From assembly GCF_021028975.2 (NCBI RefSeq), contig NC_059438.1, positions 28,024,001 to 28,088,000 on the forward strand: a stretch of DNA of 64,000 bases, in the 5' to 3' direction. This document shows, in pieces, positions 1-11,789 of the stretch; the first letter of the stretch is position 1; each line of letters opens with the position of its first letter. The position numbers and the translations under genes are program-made. The notes under the pieces are model-generated. The model was not told the DNA's origin, made no database searches, and saw nothing but the letters and a program-made list of their open reading frames with translations. The stretch comes from Sphaerodactylus townsendi. Taxonomy: Eukaryota.

Positions 1-1914
1 GCAGGGAGTTTAGCAGGGTAAAATGCCATAGCGTCCACCCTTTGAAACTGATGTTTCCTCAGGAGAACTGGTCTTTGTAGACTGGAGAGGTAATTCTGAG
101 AGAATGCCACAGTTGCGCCTGGACATTGGCAACTCTATTTCCTGCTCACCAAGCCATAGATTTCGGCAGTAGAGTCCAACTAGCTGCAGAGAGAGCTGCG
201 CATTAGCCCTAAAATGAAGTCATCCAAGGCAGTAGAGAGGCATCTTTATCTATCCCTCTCTATCCTGCACAGAAGAATTGAGGGGAGAGGAACCAGGGAG
301 AAATCACCTGTCAATATATATCCCCCAATAAGCATTTCAGCTCCCTCATTCCAAGATACGATGCGCCATAAGGGGTTCTGCCCCCAACTGCAGCTGAAAG
401 AGTTTGTGTACGATTAAATGCTTTTCTCCCAATCCAAATTAATCTCTTGCAGGCGCTTCTAGCTTCAGAATGATCAGAGCCCTTAGAAGCTTATAGCATG
501 CCAGACTACAGAGGGTAAAACCATGGCGTGCAACCTCTGGCCCTTATTCCTCTCCCTCTGGGACACAGTTAACTGTTTTGACCTTTGCCCCTTCTCTTTA
601 GAACCCACCAACTCCCATTCGCTCAACTTTCCCATACATTGTATGCCACCAAGAGGGCAATAAGCACGCTCAGTTATCACCAAGGCATTTTTAAAAACGT
701 TTATTTCACCAACTAATGTTGTTCTGCAAGCAAGGAGAATCTCATGTTTTGATATCAGGTAACTCAATTTCTACAGGGCTTAAGCCAACTAAAGCTGTAT
801 AAGAGTGTGTCCAAATTGTACACAAATACAAAGAGGGGGGTTGTGCAACTCATATACAACAAATGATTTACACAAAGAATGGTTAGCAGTTCAAAGACTA
901 AACAATGAAACAGTTTACTAGATAAACAATGTGAACCACAAGAGATTATGTACTTGATAATCCAGTAAACTGTTACATTATTCAGTCTCTGTACTGTTAG
1001 CCATTTTTTTGTGCAAATTATTTGTTTGTTGTTTGTTCAGGGGTATGGCCATGACAGCCCAGTTTTTCTAGAGAAAAATGAATATTCCAAAGCACTAGAA
1101 AATCCCAGCATGAAATATGCTGTGCTGAAACCATGGGATTTGGAAACAGATGCCGAGAGATCAAAGGATACTTCTGGTAACCAAGATGTTAATATTGAGG
1201 TCTTGAAAGGACACGGTCTCACTGGCACTGCTTTAGGGAGCCAAAAATATTTCAGAGCTTGCACAGAGGGAACATATCAAGTTCACAGATTAGGAGCACT
1301 GGAGAAATTCGGTCATTGTATCCTGTACCTTCTGAGAAAATTATGACACACCATTATTTGAATCCCTATCCAATTATTCACCTGCTTGGCCACTCATTCC
1401 TCACTGCTTTTTCTTACTAATTTTAAAAATTCTCTTTCTTCCATTGTCCCAGCTCATCTATTATCAATCTCCTTTAATTCCCTTCTAATCATTTTTAATG
1501 GGTATCAGGCTTGATTCACTCCAGGATGAGCCTGGCTGTGTGCCAAGGTGATAGAATGTACTGCAAACTGCTGATCATATTTTTAAGTGCACTCTAACAT
1601 GGCAAACTCCTTGCAAACAGAGCGCCGGCATAGCAACCAAAAAGCCAGGCTAGAAGAACCCCTTCTCCCTGCTGTGGTAATTCCATATTTGTGGACAGAT
1701 GTTTGCACAGAACAAGAACTGAAGAATGAAATCTACCATCCGCAGTCTGGAATGGCATCACACACCACATTTTGTCTGTATGCGTGAACTAGTCCTTATG
1801 CCACAGCAAATACAAGGCATCCAAAGGAGCAGGACTTTTCCAGAGCCAAAAAATTATCATGGAATTCTCTTCAATGAAAGGTTCATTCATCTCCCTCATT
1901 GCATTGAACGCATG

Positions 1915-2090
1915 ATGTGGCTTCATAGGGAATCAGACTATTTGGTCTGGCAGTGGCTCGCCTGGATCTCAGGCAGTGGTCTTTCACATCACCTTCTACC
2001 TGATCCTTTTAACTGGAAATGCTGAGGATCAAAATTGTAATCTTCTACATGCCAAGCAGATGCTCTACTACTGAGCTAGAGCCTCTGCCC
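1915..2090 (-). mobile_element. tRNA-derived SINE (Squam2/Anolis SINE2-like), decayed
   Basis: Reverse complement reads gctcagtagtagagcatctgcttggcatgtagaag (tRNA-like A box); related + copy at 17880-18045. Confidence 0.6.
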
Positions 2091-2193
2091 TTCCTGGTTC
2101 CTCCTTCCTTCTTTGAAGAAACTGAAGTTGTTTCTGTATAACTGAGCATTTGTAGACTGGGTACAGCTTGCCTTAAGGACAGGAAGTTACCCG

Positions 2194-2619
2194 CAGTGAT
2201 GTAACAAGGGGGGCAGCAAGGGTGCTAGAGTCCCGGGCACCGTTTGAATAGGCTTCGAGCCTGCAGTTAAAGCTCAACCCAGCCAGGCTGAGCCCAGCCT
2301 CAAATTAAGCACTAAGTCTGACCAGCTCCAGCTTTATAATGCTGGCTCTGCCCCTTAAGTTCAACCTCTGAAGATCAGGTGGAGCTTGCGGGGAGCCAGT
2401 AGGATAAAACCTATGAGACCCAGCACTTAGTTTGATGCTGGATGCAGCCTGGTTGGGTCAAGCTTAAACTGCAGGCTCTAAAGCCTACATTTTAAAGCTC
2501 AACCCAGCTGAATCCCGTGTGGAACAGGTGCACCCCGCCCCTGAATTCCACATAGAGTTTGGGGATGGGGTGAACTGTTGTGCTTACCCTGGGCATTGAT
2601 TTAGGCAGCTATGCCCCTC
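2194..2619. mobile_element. Non-autonomous hAT-like element with an internal inverted repeat
   Basis: CAGTGATGTAAC...CTATGCCCCTC ends; 8-bp TSD-like gttacccg/gttacctt; internal arms at about 2255-2315 and 2420-2485. Confidence 0.55.
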
Positions 2620-3482
2620 GTTACCTTTATTGCTGACTTCCTGATACTATGGTTATTCTGTTTTTATGTTTTCTTGCTTTTCTCTCATAGTTCTACCTAC
2701 TTTAAAAACTTTGTAAGTTAAAGGGATTTCAAAACATTACAACTAAACCACAAAAAGGCACAGCAGTCAGAATACACTACAGTGTACCTATGTCTTTCTC
2801 CAGACATACATCTAAACAAAACTGTTTTAACGGCATGGCTGAAAGAGGGGAGGCCAGAGATTTCCCTGAGATAGTATAGGAGCCACAGCAGAAAATACTC
2901 TCCTTGTTCACTGAACATTCCACTTCTGATGAGGGTACAGTTGCCAATTCTGGGTTGAAAAATACCAGGAGATTTTGAGAGCAGGATCTGGTGAGGGTGA
3001 ATTTTGGGGAGGCACTAGGTAGTTTATGTGGCCCTCATAGTAATACAGGTAAATGGAGCAACAGCAGGCTGAAGACTGGAAGGGGAAAATAGGATTGTTT
3101 CACTTTTACCTCAATGTGGTATCCAGACGTTGTCAGCTCTTCATGGTGTCAGACTGGAGAGTTACTGGACTCACTTCAAAGAAGAAAGGATATATCAATA
3201 AGTATGCAAAGAACCCTCAAAGACATAGCTGCTGAGGCCACAATATGCATATAATTGCTGCCAGCTGAGCAGGTGCAGATTGGCCATTGCATAATTTAAA
3301 GGGAAATTTCCCATGTCACTGCCAGGTAGGGTTACAACTGCTCTCCAGAAGGAACAAAGAAAAAAAGGTGGGAAAAGTTGAAGAGTTCATAGAAGTACCA
3401 AAAAGGTCAAGACTGAGTTCACATATAGGGCTAACAGGTTCAATTATAAAAATTATGAAAATAATAAAAATTGATTCAGATA

Positions 3483-3967
3483 TAGTGGAACCTCGGTTTT
3501 CGTTGGTAATCCGTCAGAAAAGAATTGATGAAAACCGAAACCAATGAAAACCGAGGCAAACTTTTCCCTAGGAATCAATGTAAATCCAATTAATTCGTTC
3601 TAGGCACTCCAAAAAACATACCAAAAACACATTTTTAGTGAATAAACATTGTGTTTAATGCTGAAAACAGTAACAAACAATAACACTAGGACCAGCTTCA
3701 GAGCCAGTGGACCAATGTCACACCAGAAAGCTGTCCAAAGAGGTCTGTTTCTGATGCCTCTTTAAGATTTGTCTGAAATGGGGCAAGACATTGTCATTAA
3801 ACAAGTTGCAGACACGGCCCTCAATAGCTTTGTCCAGGTGATTTTTCTCCACAAACCCCTGCACCTTACTGCAAATCGCTGAAAACCCAGACAAATTTTT
3901 CACTGAAAAAATTGATGAAAACTGAAACTGATGAAAACAGAAGGCAATGAAAACCGAGGTTCCACTG
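3483..3967. mobile_element. Tc1/mariner (Tigger-like) MITE
   Basis: TIRs (C/T)AGTGGAACCTCGGTTTTC / GAAAACCGAGGTTCCACTG, TA on both flanks, subterminal ATGAAAAC repeats. Confidence 0.85.
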
Positions 3968-4134
3968 TATATATAGTCAGATAAAAGCAACCACACAAAT
4001 GGGCCCTTAATAGCCTACAGCAGGGGTGTCCAACTTATTTATCAACTTTTTAAAAGTTCACTAGAGACCAACAAGTTGGGGGGGAGGGGAGCAAGCCTTT
4101 GAAAGGCAAACCTCCATTTGTTAGATATCTTTGC

Positions 4135-4262
4135 TAGAAATCTGCTTTGACTCTTGAAAGCTTATCCCCCCCCCCCCAGCAAAAACAGTCTTGTTTGTCT
4201 TGAAGGTGCTACCAGACTCAAGTATAGCTGTTCTACTGCAGACCAACATGGCTACTGCTGAA
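4135..4262 (+). mobile_element. Penelope-like terminal fragment
   Basis: ctttgactcttgaaagcttat...aaggtgctaccagactc...ctgcagaccaacatggctac; inverse copies at about 17435-17520 and 22250-22335. Confidence 0.5.
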
Positions 4263-4351
4263 ATGACCTTCTTGGGTATATCACTCTAGCTGAGATTTTT
4301 GTTTTCTGCTGGAAATGGCATCTGGGCCAGAACATTCATACATGCTAGAAT

Positions 4352-4499
4352 CAGGGGTAGGGAACCTGCGGCTCTCCAGATGTTCAGGAACTACAATTCC
4401 CATCAGCCTCTGTCAGCATGGCCAATTGGCCATGCTGGTAGGGGCTGATGGGAATTGTAGTTCCTGAACATCTGGAGAGCCGCAGGTTCCCTACCCCTG
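4352..4499. mobile_element. 148-bp palindromic hAT-type MITE
   Basis: Near-perfect palindrome CAGGGGTAGGGAACC...GGTTCCCTACCCCTG; TSD-like tgctaga(a)t/tgctagat with a CTAG core. Confidence 0.9.
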
Positions 4500-4676
4500 T
4501 GCTAGATCATCTGAAGGAACAGAATCCAGGAAAAGCTTCTGGTTAAAAAAAAAACTCTACAAGGAACAGAACAAATGTAGATTTGCCACCATCCTAACTT
4601 TTCACAGCTGGAAGCCTTCATCGGAACCATTGAGAACTTACACCCTCCTTGATTCATATCATTTTTCTTCTTTCAG

Positions 4677-4753
4677 GAAATGGTTATATTGAAGGGAAAG
4701 AGCTGGAAAACTTCTTCCAAGAGTTGGAGAGTGCTAGGAAGGGCGCTGGAGTG
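4677..4753 (+). CDS. CALB2: Calretinin exon 2 (77 bp); exon 1 lies upstream of the window
   Basis: tttcag|GAAATGGT...GGAGTG|gtaagt; encodes (G)NGYIEGKELENFFQELESARKGAGV, the EF-hand 1 loop and helix of calretinin. Confidence 0.96.
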
Positions 4754-5265
4754 GTAAGTAGCATTTTTCCCTTTCCCTTTTTTGTCTTCAACTTCTTATC
4801 CTTTTATGCATTCAATAGATGTACTTTCCAGTAAAGTACGGAAGTCATACTGTAAGCGAAGCTGACTTCAGCTGCCTACAACCTCTTGCAATCCTGGACT
4901 TCTTAGTATTTCTCATCCATCAGATCTTAACACACTGGCTTCCTTCAGACACCGTACCATTGGATTGGGGAAAATTAGGTTGAGTCCAACTAACTCAGCC
5001 CCCCCACCCCCACCCCAGCAGGAAGCTAGAATAGCAGGATCCAAAGCAAGCGGCTTGGTCATGTTATAGCCAGGATGAAACCCAACACAATAAATGTATG
5101 GGGGCATTAATCCACAGCAGTAGCCACTCCAACAAAACCGGCTCCTTTCACAATAGTCAAGTTACTAGAACTGAGGAGCTAGCACAGAGGCAGAGCCCAG
5201 CTGATCAGCTCCCCCCGCTCACATGTTCTCAATTGGGCTGGCCCAACCACTTCTGGGATGGCACT

Positions 5266-5463
5266 TGGGTTGCCAATCTCCAGCTGAAGCCAGGAAATCT
5301 CCAAAATTACCACTGATCTCTGTACTACAAATATCAGTTCCCCCGGAGAATATAGTTGCTTTGGAGAATGGACTCTGCAGCATTATACCCTACTAAGGCT
5401 CTTCCCTCTCCAAACTCCATGAACAAATTTCCAGGCATTTTCCAACCCAGATTTGGCAGCCAT
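5266..5463. mobile_element. GGGTTGCCA-ended MITE (partial related copies at 1-137 and about 2935-3015)
   Basis: Ends gggttgccaa / ttggcagcc; 1-137 is the reverse complement of its left half. Confidence 0.55.
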
Positions 5464-5627
5464 ACATGAGTGAGACCAGCAGCTGGCAAAATATGGCTCG
5501 TGGCTCTCATTCACCTCAAAGGAGTTGTCCTTTGAGTAGATCAATAATCTATACAGCACTTCAACCCACAGCATGCAGAGTTTCCTCATACCAAGAAGAA
5601 GCCCGAAATAACACTAAATGGGAGTGC

Positions 5628-5946
5628 AAGAAGAAGAAGACTTTGGATTTATATCCCCCCTTTCTTTCCTGTAAGGAGTCTCAAAGGGGCTTACAATCTC
5701 CTATCCCTGCCCCCCCCCCCCACAACAAACATCCTGTGAGGTGGGTGGGGCTGAGAGAGCTCCAAAGTCAAAGAATTGTGACTTAGGAGCTGTGACAAGG
5801 TCACCCAGCTGGGAGGTGTGGGAGTGCACAAACTAATCTGGTTCTCCAGATATGCCTCCACAGCTCAAGAGGCAGAGCAGGGAATCAAACCCGGTTCTCC
5901 AGATTAGAATGCACCGGCTGTTAGCCACTACATCACGCTGGCTCTC
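5628..5946 (-). mobile_element. tRNA/CORE SINE (Squam3-like) with (CTT)n tail
   Basis: Reverse complement of gagagccagcgtgatgtagtgg...gggtgaccttg...gatataaatcc(ctt)n; more than ten copies in the window. Confidence 0.85.
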
Positions 5947-7396
5947 AAGGACAAAGAAGTGAGGGGAGAGGCTGCCCATGAGACTGACCCTGGACCAACC
6001 TTCTAGACTTTGGACCCAGTCCCCAAACTTCTCCTGGAGGACCACAATTCATAACATGTTCCTGCCAGTCATTAGGCTGCTGTTGCCCCCCCCCCCCCCC
6101 GTTTTCTCCCATCACCCAGAAAGAATAAGACTGTGTGGAAAGGTAAAGAAGTGGTGAGAGGCAGAACAAGCACCTGAGAGAGTAGCAGAGACAGGAAATG
6201 TGTCAATTTCCTAATATCCTCACCTACGTTCTCTTTGAAAGAGGGTGTGAAGAAAAAGTCTTCTGCAATGGGATAAAAGTAACTTTTTTGCAAGAAAAGA
6301 GCAAGGCAGGAAAGAGTTATAGTGCTCATCTCAACTCATGCTGTTCTCTTTGAAAAAGCAGCTGCAGCAGATGCATTTGTAAAAGAAAACAGATGAAAAC
6401 AAATATATAAAAAAGAAGAGTGAAATGTGATCAGGGCCGGCCAGCTCTATCACTAGGTCAACTGAGGCCATCATCTTAGGAAGTAGATTTGGATGGGCGC
6501 AAACAAAATAATTGCGTGGAAGGCATTTCACAAAAAAATCAGAAACCCTTCTGTACATTTGTGGTTACTGAAGTATTTTTAAAGAGGGTGGCGGGAGAGG
6601 ATAAAGAGGGTTAACCACCGCAGCTCCCAGGGGTAGTGAGAGAGGCATTCAAGGTGGTGGTGACATTGCCTCAGGGAACCAAGCTGTCTGTAGCCAACAC
6701 TGCAGTGCTTTGCTTGTGCAACAACACGGAGGAAGGCAAAAGAAGGAAAACGGATGGTGCGTGTGAAAGGGATAGCAGGGGTGAAAAGAAAGAAATGGAT
6801 CGCTGAATGGGGTGTTATTACTGAGAGAAAGATGGGATCGGAATGGGATGCTTGGTGTGTGTCTGTGTGTAAAAGAGCAGGAGAAACAGGCATAATGCTT
6901 GTGGTCTATATGGGGTATTTTGTGTGAATGGGAAAGTTTTTCAAGGGAGTAACATCGTCCCCATTTCTAGACGAATCTCCATATCTTATTCATCTGTGCA
7001 CCAAATAGCACGTCATTCTCTTCGCTCATTCGTTAAGTTTACAAAATAAAAACACTACAGAATCACTTGTATGACATTCAGGAATTGGCATATAATCATC
7101 TGATCTGTGGCTTAGTTCATAGGTTTTTCTATGCTTGGTGTGGTCTATGCTTGGTGTGTTAGTGAAATTATTTTGCTGTTAACTTGAAAGTGTTAATGTT
7201 TAGACTCGGGCGGTGGTTGGGTAATGTATGCTGTGTATTCAATGGCTGCTCAGAAGTTAATCTCCTCATAAAGGGGACCAATTTTTACTTTTTGTACAAG
7301 GATACTGTGACATTCTTTAATCTGACGCATTAGGCCTTTGGGGAAATCACTTGTTTAACACCATCTCAAGATACACCACACTGATCTGGACAGCTC

Positions 7397-7585
7397 AGAC
7401 TAGCCTAATATCATCAGATCTCAGAAGCAAAGCAGGGTCAGCCCACATTAGTATTTGGATGGGAGACCACCAAGTAACTCTAGGGTTGCTAAGCAGAGGC
7501 AGACAATGGCAAACCACATCTGAGCATCTCTTGCCTTTGAAACCCTACAGAGTCATAAGTTGACTGCAAGCTGGTGGCACTTTCC
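7397..7585 (+). mobile_element. 5S rRNA-headed SINE with Sauria/RTE tail (5S-Sauria-like)
   Basis: Head gatctcagaagcaaagcagggtc...ttagtatttggatgggagacc matches the 5S internal promoter region; tail caatggcaaaccac...aaaccctacagagtcataagt is shared with 35064-35287. Confidence 0.75.
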
Positions 7586-8262
7586 ATCTCCACTAAGATG
7601 TACCCGCTCTTGTTTGGTGTGCCTCTGTTTGTAAACCAAGAACATATCCAGGAAACAAAAAAAGGATCAGACTAGGAAACAAGCTGGGTTGTGATGCTGG
7701 GGGAGCTGTGGCTAAAACTCCCCAGAGGAACGCCAGAAGTCCCACAGGAACCCGGGAAGCCTGCTGTAGCACAGCAATTCAAATCCCATTTTAGGCACAT
7801 TGCTGTTCTTGTAGTCACCATTGCTGGCTGCAATACAGGCAAGAGACGGTGAAGCACCCACTCAGCTATTCATGTGTATGCTAAGGGCCCTTTATTCATG
7901 CAGTGCTTACCTCAAAGCTGTTTGTTTTGAAGGGGGCCTTCCCTAGTTTTCAGTTTACTTGCAAGGAAGCGGCCCACTCATTTCTCTGAGCCCAGTCACC
8001 ACTTTGCCTGCCCCCTGCTTCTGGGTCAAAAGGTTGATTGCTGCCTTTTTCTTTTCTTTAGTCATTTTAACAATTTATTGCTCCTGCCGGAAATGCTGGC
8101 AGAGCAGTGGGTAGAACTGCTCCTGCATGGGTGGGAGAAGGTAGGGAGGAGCGGAAAACTGGGAGGAAGTCAAACACATATTGGTCTGGTACGCTTTCCT
8201 TGTGTGGCTTCTCTGATCTGTGGTGCAGTAAGTTTGGGAGGGGGAAAACATGTGCGCCACCA

Positions 8263-8475
8263 CACACAACAAACACCCTGTGTGGTGGGTGGGGCTGAGA
8301 GAGCTCCAAAGAACTATGACTAGCCCAGGGTCACCTAGCTGGCCTGTGTGGAAGTGCACAAACTAATTTGGTTCACCATAAAGCCTCCACAGCTCAAGTG
8401 GCAGAGCGGGGAATCAAACCTAGTTCTCCAGATTAGAGTGCATCTGCTCTTAACCACTACACCATGCTGGCTCTC
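8263..8475 (-). mobile_element. Squam3-like SINE, 3'-truncated
   Basis: Same family as 5628-5946. Confidence 0.8.
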
Positions 8476-8592
8476 AGATGGGCACCCTGAATACATTTTT
8501 TGAACACTTATGCAACTAAAGTGGGAAGATTCCTCTATAGGAAGTTCTTCTGCACAAATAACAGACAAGTTGCCTTTCTTTCCTTTTTGCAG

Positions 8593-8682
8593 GAATCCAA
8601 GAGCCTCAACTTTGGAGAAAAGATGAAGGACTTCATGAGAAAATATGATAAGAATGCAGATGGCAGAATTGAACTGGCCGAG
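8593..8682 (+). CDS. CALB2: Calretinin exon 3 (90 bp)
   Basis: ttgcag|GAATCC...GCCGAG|gtgagc; ESKSLNFGEKMKDFMRKYDKNADGRIELAE (EF-hand 2). Confidence 0.96.
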
Positions 8683-9149
8683 GTGAGCTATGTAAACATG
8701 GGGGTGCAAATCCAGGACCATACCCTATCTCAACAAAAGAAAAAAATGTGACTGTGTGTGGTGTGGTGGAAATGACACTCGCATCTTTCTGCAGGGCAAA
8801 GAAGTGCAATTCTCCGGTTGCGTTTTAATAAGTATTTTAAGCACCGCTTCTGTCGAAACCTTTCTTCTGTGCCCTGTTAAGCTTGCTACTGTGATAAAGG
8901 GGCATTCTTGGTGCATCTGAAGTCTATTAGCAGAACATGCCTTTTTGATGATTGAGCCCGCCATTTTGTGCCAGCTTGAGCAATCTGCTCAATGAAGAAG
9001 GAAGACTTTAATGATGTGCAGATCTTCTCTGCCTTTCAGGGAGAGAATTTCAAAATTGTGGCTAGGAATGTTCAGAAAGCTTTGAGATTTATCTCAATAA
9101 CTATGAGATTACAGTTGCGAGCTTTGCAGTAGCCCATGTGCTTCATGGT

Positions 9150-9680
9150 GTGAGAAGAGGCATGCTGGGTCAGCCCACTGGTCCATCTAGCCCAGCATAC
9201 TGTCTCACACAGTGGCTAACCAGACCCTCTGGAGGGCTAACAACAGACCACAGAAGCCAAACCTTTGATGTTGTCTCTTGGCACTGGTATTCAGAGGTGT
9301 GGTGCTTCTCAGTGTGATGGTATCCTTTAGTTAGGAGACAGGAATAGATCTGTCTTCTAGTGGTGGGATTCAGCAGGCTTGCACCACTTCGGCAGAACCG
9401 GTTGTTAAAATGGTGCTTGTAAACAACCAGTTGTTAAATTATTTGAGTCCCACCACCAGAGCCAGTTGTTAAATTATTTGAATCCCACCACTGCTGTCTT
9501 TCATGAATCTATCTAACTCTAATCCCCTTTTAAAGTCATCTATGGCTGTGGTTACCACTACACCCTTAAAATTCCACATTTTAATCACTTGTTGTAGAAA
9601 GAAATATTCCTTTAGTCTGGCATGATTCTGCTGCCCGTCAGCTTTGCTGGATGCCTTCAAGTTCCAGTATTCTGGAAGAA
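9150..9680 (-). mobile_element. Old CR1 3' fragment interrupted by a hAT MITE
   Basis: ggtccatctagcccagc and aatccccttttaaagtcatctatggctgtggttaccactac; the ORF track shows CR1-like VIKMWN..VVVTTAIDDFKRGL.LDRFM. Confidence 0.6.
9358..9493. mobile_element. hAT MITE with a duplicated right end
   Basis: TIR (C/T)AGTGGTGGGATTCA; TSD ctgtcttc/ctgtcttt; inverted sister copy at 41850-41950. Confidence 0.8.
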
Positions 9681-10522
9681 ACATAACTATTGCACAGATC
9701 CTCTACCATCACTGCTGGTGAGGGGTTTGAAGATGACTGCCAGCAATTTGTTGGGTGAATGAGTGGACGAATAAACTAGATAAGTCTAAAAGGACTTCCA
9801 GCTTCATCTCTCTTTCCTCTCGCCCTTGTTGCATGCTTAGCAATTCCAGATACTTTTTACTGCAGTTGATGTGGCTAAGAAATACCCATGTGGTACAGTG
9901 GTTTAAGTGTCACTGCGGGATTACCAAGATGGGGTAGCTCAAATGTTCATAATCCTGTGGGTGAGCTGGGGCCATTCGTCATGTTTCCCATGACCTACTT
10001 TACAAAGTTGTTCCGAGGGGGAAAAAAACTGAGAGGGAGATCCACATAACCCATCCTGATCTGCTTGAAGGAAAGGCAAGATGAAAATGCAATAAATAAA
10101 TACATGCCTAAGTAAATCAAACAAAGCTAGGCAGTTGAGCCTGGGCACTTGCATTTCTCTGTATGATGTGGTGTGGCAAAGCTTCTCACTCGTTGCAAGA
10201 AAATAGGGAAACCACATAAAGGAGCCCTTGACAAGGAGGCAGGAGGAGGACAGAAGGAAACAGTAACCTGAAAGTTCAATGACTGGCCATTGGAGCTGTG
10301 GTGTAGCTGGTTTCATTTGAATTTTACCAGCAGGATTTGGAGCCATTTGGGACAAATGCTTAGAAAGAAGGCAGTCATATTTTGATTTGTATCTTTCTCA
10401 GGTAGGCTTCAGATTACCTTAACCTGGATTCCTGTTGTCTTCTTACCTGGCATCTATGCTGTGACCAGGAGTTACCTGGAAATTCTAAAGTATGCTAATT
10501 AATATGCTTGAGGCGGTGTATG

Positions 10523-10614
10523 TGTGAGGGAATACCTTGTGACTATTTTCCCTCACCAGCAAAATGGCTGTGAGGGAATACCTTGTGACTATTTTCCCTC
10601 ACCAGCAAAATGGC
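10523..10614. repeat. Perfect 2 x 46-bp tandem duplication
   Basis: tgtgagggaataccttgtgactattttccctcaccagcaaaatggc occurs twice. Confidence 0.95.
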
Positions 10615-10711
10615 AAAACAAAGCAGGTGGGAAGGATGTGCTTGTGCGCCTGCACTTCTTACACTTCATCACTGAAGTCCTTGTGTCTGTTCTCTTTTTC
10701 CTCTTCATCAG

Positions 10712-10792
10712 CTGGCACAGATCTTGCCCACGGAGGAGAACTTCCTGCTGTGTTTCCGACAGCACGTTGGCTCCAGCGCTGAATTCATGGAG
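10712..10792 (+). CDS. CALB2: Calretinin exon 4 (81 bp)
   Basis: catcag|CTGGCA...ATGGAG|gtaagt; LAQILPTEENFLLCFRQHVGSSAEFME. Confidence 0.97.
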
Positions 10793-11789
10793 GTAAGTAT
10801 TCCTGCTCTCTTCCTTGGACAGTGTCCCAGAAACCTTGGGTCAAAACAGATGCAATCAGGTTCTGAGAGATTTCCATTCCTTTTTGAAAAGATAAATTAA
10901 AGGCACGCGCAGCCCCAATTCAGATAGGAGATATTCAGAGAAGGTCGCTTAACCCTTCAAGCCCTGCATAGTTTTACTAATCAAAATGAGGTTTACCTTG
11001 CTACTAGCAGTTTAACTAAAAACCATCCTCCTCCATGGTAGTGCTAATAATGGCCTTAGGGTCGTGGTTTAAACTAACTGAGGAGAGGATGCCAGGGCAG
11101 CTGTGGTGTGGTTGACATAGAAATTCCTTGCAGTATTACTGTGCCAAAGAGGAAATAAGTGGGCACTCTCTAAGCAGGTGCCGTATAAATAAATGAATAG
11201 TTGCTGACATGTAACCATCTTTAGACATAAATCCAACAGCTGTGAAATAGCAACCCATCTAGGCAATTAAAATGAATAATAGGCAATGAATACTGTGTCA
11301 CAAGAAACCTGAGCCCCTCTATTGTTAGCTAGAAGGAAAATCAAGTTCTGTGTTAGGCATAAGCAATTAGCAATTAAATCGATCCCACTCTAACAATACC
11401 ACTTATAATAATTTGGGCCTAAAATATTCATTCTTCTAATAATGTTGCAAAGCCTTGACCCGCTGCCCTGACCTGGCTGTAGACAAAAACAGTCCAGCAG
11501 TAGAAGGGGAGGGAGCAGCAGAATGAGATCTGAATTGATACCTTGGCTGATCTGGGAGTCTTGATTCGGGAAAAAGTAAATCTTTACACAAGTTGATTGC
11601 CTGCCTATCATTAAAAAGGCAGAAATGAAGGCCAATAAGGGACAGAATGTAAGTTGCCCTTGTGCTTTTGCAAGAATATGAACTATGGATCAATGTCAAA
11701 TTTGGAGGCACATAAATGTGTGGGACAGAGTGCTTTGGTACTAAACACACAGACACACATTTTGACCTCTGCTATAGCCATTAAATTCT

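Noticed and set aside
1-4676. CALB2 exon 1
   Set aside because: No MAGP...HLAEL-like coding sequence or CpG promoter found; it must lie upstream of the window.
7397-7470. Functional 5S rRNA gene
   Set aside because: Partial, diverged and fused to a SINE tail.
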